Below, piece by piece: positions 60,267-64,000 of a DNA stretch of 64,000 nucleotides. The DNA lies in contig OZ242365.1 of NCBI GenBank assembly GCA_965208905.1, positions 1-64,000 of the forward strand, in the 5' to 3' direction. The DNA comes from Nitrosopumilaceae archaeon (lineage in GTDB: Archaea > Thermoproteota > Nitrososphaeria > Nitrososphaerales > Nitrosopumilaceae). Positions within the stretch are counted from its first letter, which is position 1. Every line of letters begins with the position of its first letter. Below the pieces are notes generated by a model. The model worked only from the letters and a program-made list of their open reading frames with translations. It was not told the origin of the DNA and ran no database searches. Position numbers and translations under genes: made by a program.

Positions 60267-61884
60267 GGTTCCTCTCTCAAAGTCGGGTGACGGTTGATGT
60301 GTGTTGGATAGTGTTAAATACATTATTAAACCGTACTATGTAATGACTTTTATAAAAAAATAGTAGGGCAGTAACACGTCCATACACAAAAAATTTGGGC
60401 ATACAATACGTGTTTGAACATGTCAAGAAGGTGGCAGAAGTAGCGTACATTATGGCGCATAGTACAGGGAAGAATACCTATGATGTTGACGTATTGATAT
60501 ACCATACAATGCGCGGTTCTGACCCCAAAGTATATTCGGCCATAACGCAGACCGCCATACGGGACGGAGTTGCCGCCCATAAAACGTACAGGACAAAGGC
60601 TGCGCAGGGCATGAAGGTGTCTGAACCCGTATTCCGCAATCCGGTGGTAAAGTTGAAAAACCAAAATTGGAGGCTTAATCCGATAGCGGGTGGATATATG
60701 GCTATTGCAAATGTTGGCTCATCAAAACACCCACATATGATAGCAATTCCTGTTTCTTCAGATGTAGTACGCCGAATAGGACAAAACAAACTGGGCAAGT
60801 TGTGGATTACGCCGACCACATACACCATAACATATTACAACAAAGTGCCCGAGGTTGAAAAGCCCCACCCACACGGCAAGTCAGAGATTATCGAGTTGCT
60901 TACGGATGTGGGTTATGTGGGCGGTACACCAAAAGATGTAATCGGTGTAGACATCAATGAAAAGAATATCACCGTAGGCGATAAAAATACGATGATACAG
61001 TTTGATCTATCATATACGATACAGGCCATTGAGGACGCAAAGACTGAAGATGTAAACAATACGTATACCCGTACACATGATAATGCCGCATATGCGGCAC
61101 GTACCGGAAGGCGTGTTGCACACAAAAAAGAGGAGGCGCGCAGAGAAAAGCAACAAGTCACATATGGCGGTCATAAATTATACAACAAACTCAGACGTAG
61201 ATACAGGAAACTCAAGAGGGAGGGCAAACACAAGAGGGCCGCCGAAATAAAGAATCAGATGAGCAGATGCGTATTGAGCATACCGCATAACCACACAAAG
61301 TCAAAGAAGAATGCTAAAAAGCGCAGGGTGACCAAAGCCATGCGCCACCACGAACATGTGCTGAGTGTGATAGCACTATGCACTGCACAGTGGGCTACAC
61401 AATCTGGGTGTTTGGTGGTGTTGGAGGATTTAACCCACATATCGTACAATTGGCAGAAGGGTGGAAAGTTTGGACGTAGAATGCGTCGCAGGTTATATTC
61501 TGCCATGATGCGAAAGGCATCAAATTTAATTTATGAAAAATCCAGATTTTTGGGAGTGGGGGCATTACATATGCGTCCACACAACACATCCAAGTTGTGT
61601 GCTGCATGCAGAACCACATTAACTGGAACTTATCATAAAAAAGACTGCACCCGCTGCCGTATGGTTGGCGTAGACAGAGACGTCAACGCAGTGGAGAATA
61701 TACGGCTAACAAGCGCCGTATCCCGATATGGCCGTCAGGTTTCGGCCAGTCTGGGCGAAGTCCGTCGTGGTGTGGATGTAATACTCGATCCCACATCACT
61801 CATACAGGGTTGCTGGCGCAACTGGGCTGACAGACTATCCCGCATGGCGGCGGTGTAACGTCACCCAACTTTGTGGGAAGAACC
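60267..61884 (+). mobile_element. Non-autonomous TIR element carrying a tnpB/Cas12f-like gene (1618 bp)
   Basis: TIRs 60267-60292 and 61859-61884 (22/26, GGTTC...CAAAGT.GGGTGACG); exact TSD CTGATTTT at 60259-60266 and 61885-61892. Confidence 0.92.
60343..61858 (+). CDS. tnpB: TnpB/Cas12f-like nuclease; probable ATG 60343 is out of frame across an A7 run (ORF track starts at TTG 60395)
   Basis: RuvC VIGVDINE, VVLEDL, DRDVNA; TSKLCAAC..CTRC; long basic insertion after RuvC-I. Confidence 0.85.
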
Positions 61885-62004
61885 CTGATTTTGGTTGTGC
61901 ACACACAACTCCGCTTTAGAAGTCATGATGTGTTTAAACAACATGATTTTTGTACAAGTCCGTGCTGAAATCAATTTATATGCCACTGATGCCACCCATA
62001 AACC

Positions 62005-62961
62005 ATGAATGGAGACCAATTAAACCGATACTCCAGGCAGATAATGTTGGACGATATAGGAATGGATGGCCAACAACGACTCATGGAGTCGAGAGTTACT
62101 GTGGTTGGGGCCGGTGGACTTGGCACACCCATACTTACACACTTGGTCGCGATGGGTGTGGGACATGTCCGGGTGGTTGACCGGGACATCATCGAACTTA
62201 CAAACCTTCATCGACAGACACTGTACTCTGATGTGGATATCGGTTCGCCCAAGGTTGACGCGGCAGCGTCAAGGTTGAGGAGACTTAATGCCAATGTAGA
62301 TATAAAAACGGTACCAGTATCAGTGAACCGGAGATCTGCACGGTCGGTGGTTGACAAATCTGACATTGTGATAGATGCGCTTGACTCGGTAGACGCTAGG
62401 TATGCACTGAATGAAGCATGTGTTGATCTTGGCATACCGTTTGTTAGTGGCGGCGCCGTAGGTACATCCGGACAGGTGTTTATAGTGGTACCTGGCAAGA
62501 CCGCGTGCTATGAATGTGCGTTTCCCGGTCTGGATGAGGATCAGATGCCATCATGCGGCATTGAAGGGGTGAATCCGGCAATACTGAGTGTTATTGGCGG
62601 TATGGAGGTGGCTGAAGCCGTTCGTATACTGTGTGGATTGGAGCCGGCCACACTAGGTAGTGTTTTGCACATCAATATAGCCACGGCCGACTTTATCAAG
62701 ATACGTATGGATCGTGTGGAGGAGTGTCCCGCATGTGGGAGTGGTACAAGACGTTCGGTGGAGGACGGCTACATCACCGAGGAGTTGTGCGGTAGAGGCG
62801 GAAAGAGGACGTTTGCCATCTCGCCACCATCGCCGCGTAAAATACTACAAGCAGATGACAGGTTAAATGTTACAGAGGGTGACGGCTCGGCCATAATAAC
62901 CGGTTGTCCCACAGAGGAGGAGGCAATTGACCTGTACGAGCAGCTGACCGCACCTGCTTGA
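62005..62961 (+). CDS. ThiF/MoeB/UbaA E1-like adenylyltransferase
   Basis: RYSRQ, GAGGLG, DRD.IE.TNLHRQ, CYEC, CPACG. Confidence 0.93.
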   Translation: MNGDQLNRYSRQIMLDDIGMDGQQRLMESRVTVVGAGGLGTPILTHLVAMGVGHVRVVDRDIIELTNLHRQTLYSDVDIGSPKVDAAASRLRRLNANVDIKTVPVSVNRRSARSVVDKSDIVIDALDSVDARYALNEACVDLGIPFVSGGAVGTSGQVFIVVPGKTACYECAFPGLDEDQMPSCGIEGVNPAILSVIGGMEVAEAVRILCGLEPATLGSVLHINIATADFIKIRMDRVEECPACGSGTRRSVEDGYITEELCGRGGKRTFAISPPSPRKILQADDRLNVTEGDGSAIITGCPTEEEAIDLYEQLTAPA

Positions 62962-63124
62962 TTAGAATAGCTACCAAATCTACATGATGACATTGGGTTT
63001 TACAGTACCTCTTGTAAGTTGCAACAATTCGACCTCAATCTTTGTTGGTTCAAACCTATATTGCCAGCTATATGGCGTTTCGGGGTATGTCCCACTAGTA
63101 TGGCGCCTCAATTAATATTAGAGT

Positions 63125-64000
63125 TTATGCGTAATTGCACAACTTGGCAGCATTGGGCGGTCCCGGCCCGTTCTGGCCGGTATCGCCCACCCCGGTACAG
63201 CTCATCGGCTCACCGCCGACGGAATTCTGGCGTTCCAGTTTGTGCGCCCCCGACAGATGCCATTCGGCATCTGCACTACGGCTCTCTAACAGCCGCATGA
63301 TGTTAAGGAGTGTAATTCTCCGACCATGCGTGAGTGTGCGGTCGGCGGCGGCCTCTTTCAGCAGCCGTGTTATGTGATATAATGTGGGGTCTGACGGTAC
63401 AGTAGTATGACACATCAGGGCCAATATGGTACGAAATAGTATGTTGGCACCCGCGTTGGCATCCCGTTCCCTAATTGTACGACATGTATGGCACCACATG
63501 TCGCGAGTAGGTATTTTACCGGTATTTGTCCCGATATGTTTTAGACTGCCGCCGCACTTGAGACATTTCGCGGACGTATGATACGGTTCGATTCCTATAC
63601 ACGGCAGACCCTCAGACTCGGCTGCGTTTTTGAGGGCGTTCTGTCTCTGGCCCGTATTCAGTGTGGATTTTGTTTTGCCACGCACAAATGGCGATATTTT
63701 ACCGTTTTTGGTGTACAGTCGGTGTATGCTCAACGTTTCATGCCCTATGCCGTACCCGGAATTGGCCATCTTCCGGGCTTCCACACATACATCATTATGG
63801 ATGCGATTTTTGTATACGCTCCATGCCTTGTTTGTGTATTTTGTTATGATGCGGTTATCACTACGCCGCTTCACCTTTAGCATCTTACTATATGCCTTGT
63901 TATATTCATGTGCATTGCGGTTGGGCTGCATAACTACAGTGCCATCAGCAAATGCATAGGTGTTGTTTTTGGCATTCATGTCCACACCGGCCCAGGATAT
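63125..64000 (-). CDS. tnpB: TnpB nuclease, C-terminal part (5' end outside window)
   Basis: Frame open to window end: WAGVDMN (RuvC-I), IGHETL, HTSAKCLKC..CHTC, ERDANA. Confidence 0.88.
   Translation of the reverse strand: MSWAGVDMNAKNNTYAFADGTVVMQPNRNAHEYNKAYSKMLKVKRRSDNRIITKYTNKAWSVYKNRIHNDVCVEARKMANSGYGIGHETLSIHRLYTKNGKISPFVRGKTKSTLNTGQRQNALKNAAESEGLPCIGIEPYHTSAKCLKCGGSLKHIGTNTGKIPTRDMWCHTCRTIRERDANAGANILFRTILALMCHTTVPSDPTLYHITRLLKEAAADRTLTHGRRITLLNIMRLLESRSADAEWHLSGAHKLERQNSVGGEPMSCTGVGDTGQNGPGPPNAAKLCNYA

Overview
Archaeal chromosomal window from a Nitrososphaerota (thaumarchaeal, Nitrosopumilaceae/Cenarchaeum-like) genome. Cache-domain surface proteins and many pseudogenes suggest a host-associated (e.g. 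sponge) lineage; this is an inference. The backbone is housekeeping: ribosomal proteins, aIF1A/aIF2b/aIF5A, SecE-Spt5-L11, SRP54, Elp3, class I LysRS, TruD/Pus10, topoisomerase VI, Rio1, PurM, ThiDN and three tRNAs. The main finding is in the mobilome. All three complete TnpB (Cas12-ancestor) loci (28035-29550, 33496-34967, 60267-61884) lack a Y1 or serine transposase. Each is instead bounded by terminal inverted repeats (TIRs) and an exact 8-bp target-site duplication (TSD), the signature of DDE transposition (IS6-like GGTTC ends; IS1595-like GGGAATTAT ends). A fourth TnpB runs off the window end. A candidate helper is present: a 3.36-kb SWIM-IS6 element with perfect 50-bp GGTTC TIRs and an 8-bp TSD, carrying a restriction-modification pair and a GTTAAC repeat array. 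At least four decayed or orphan copies of the TnpB element's 3' (omega-RNA) region are scattered in intergenic DNA. Also noted: an AT-hook repeat protein, a GC-rich sulfurtransferase islet and several sub-60-aa ORFs missed by the ORF track. No CRISPR array was seen. All alignments were made by eye.
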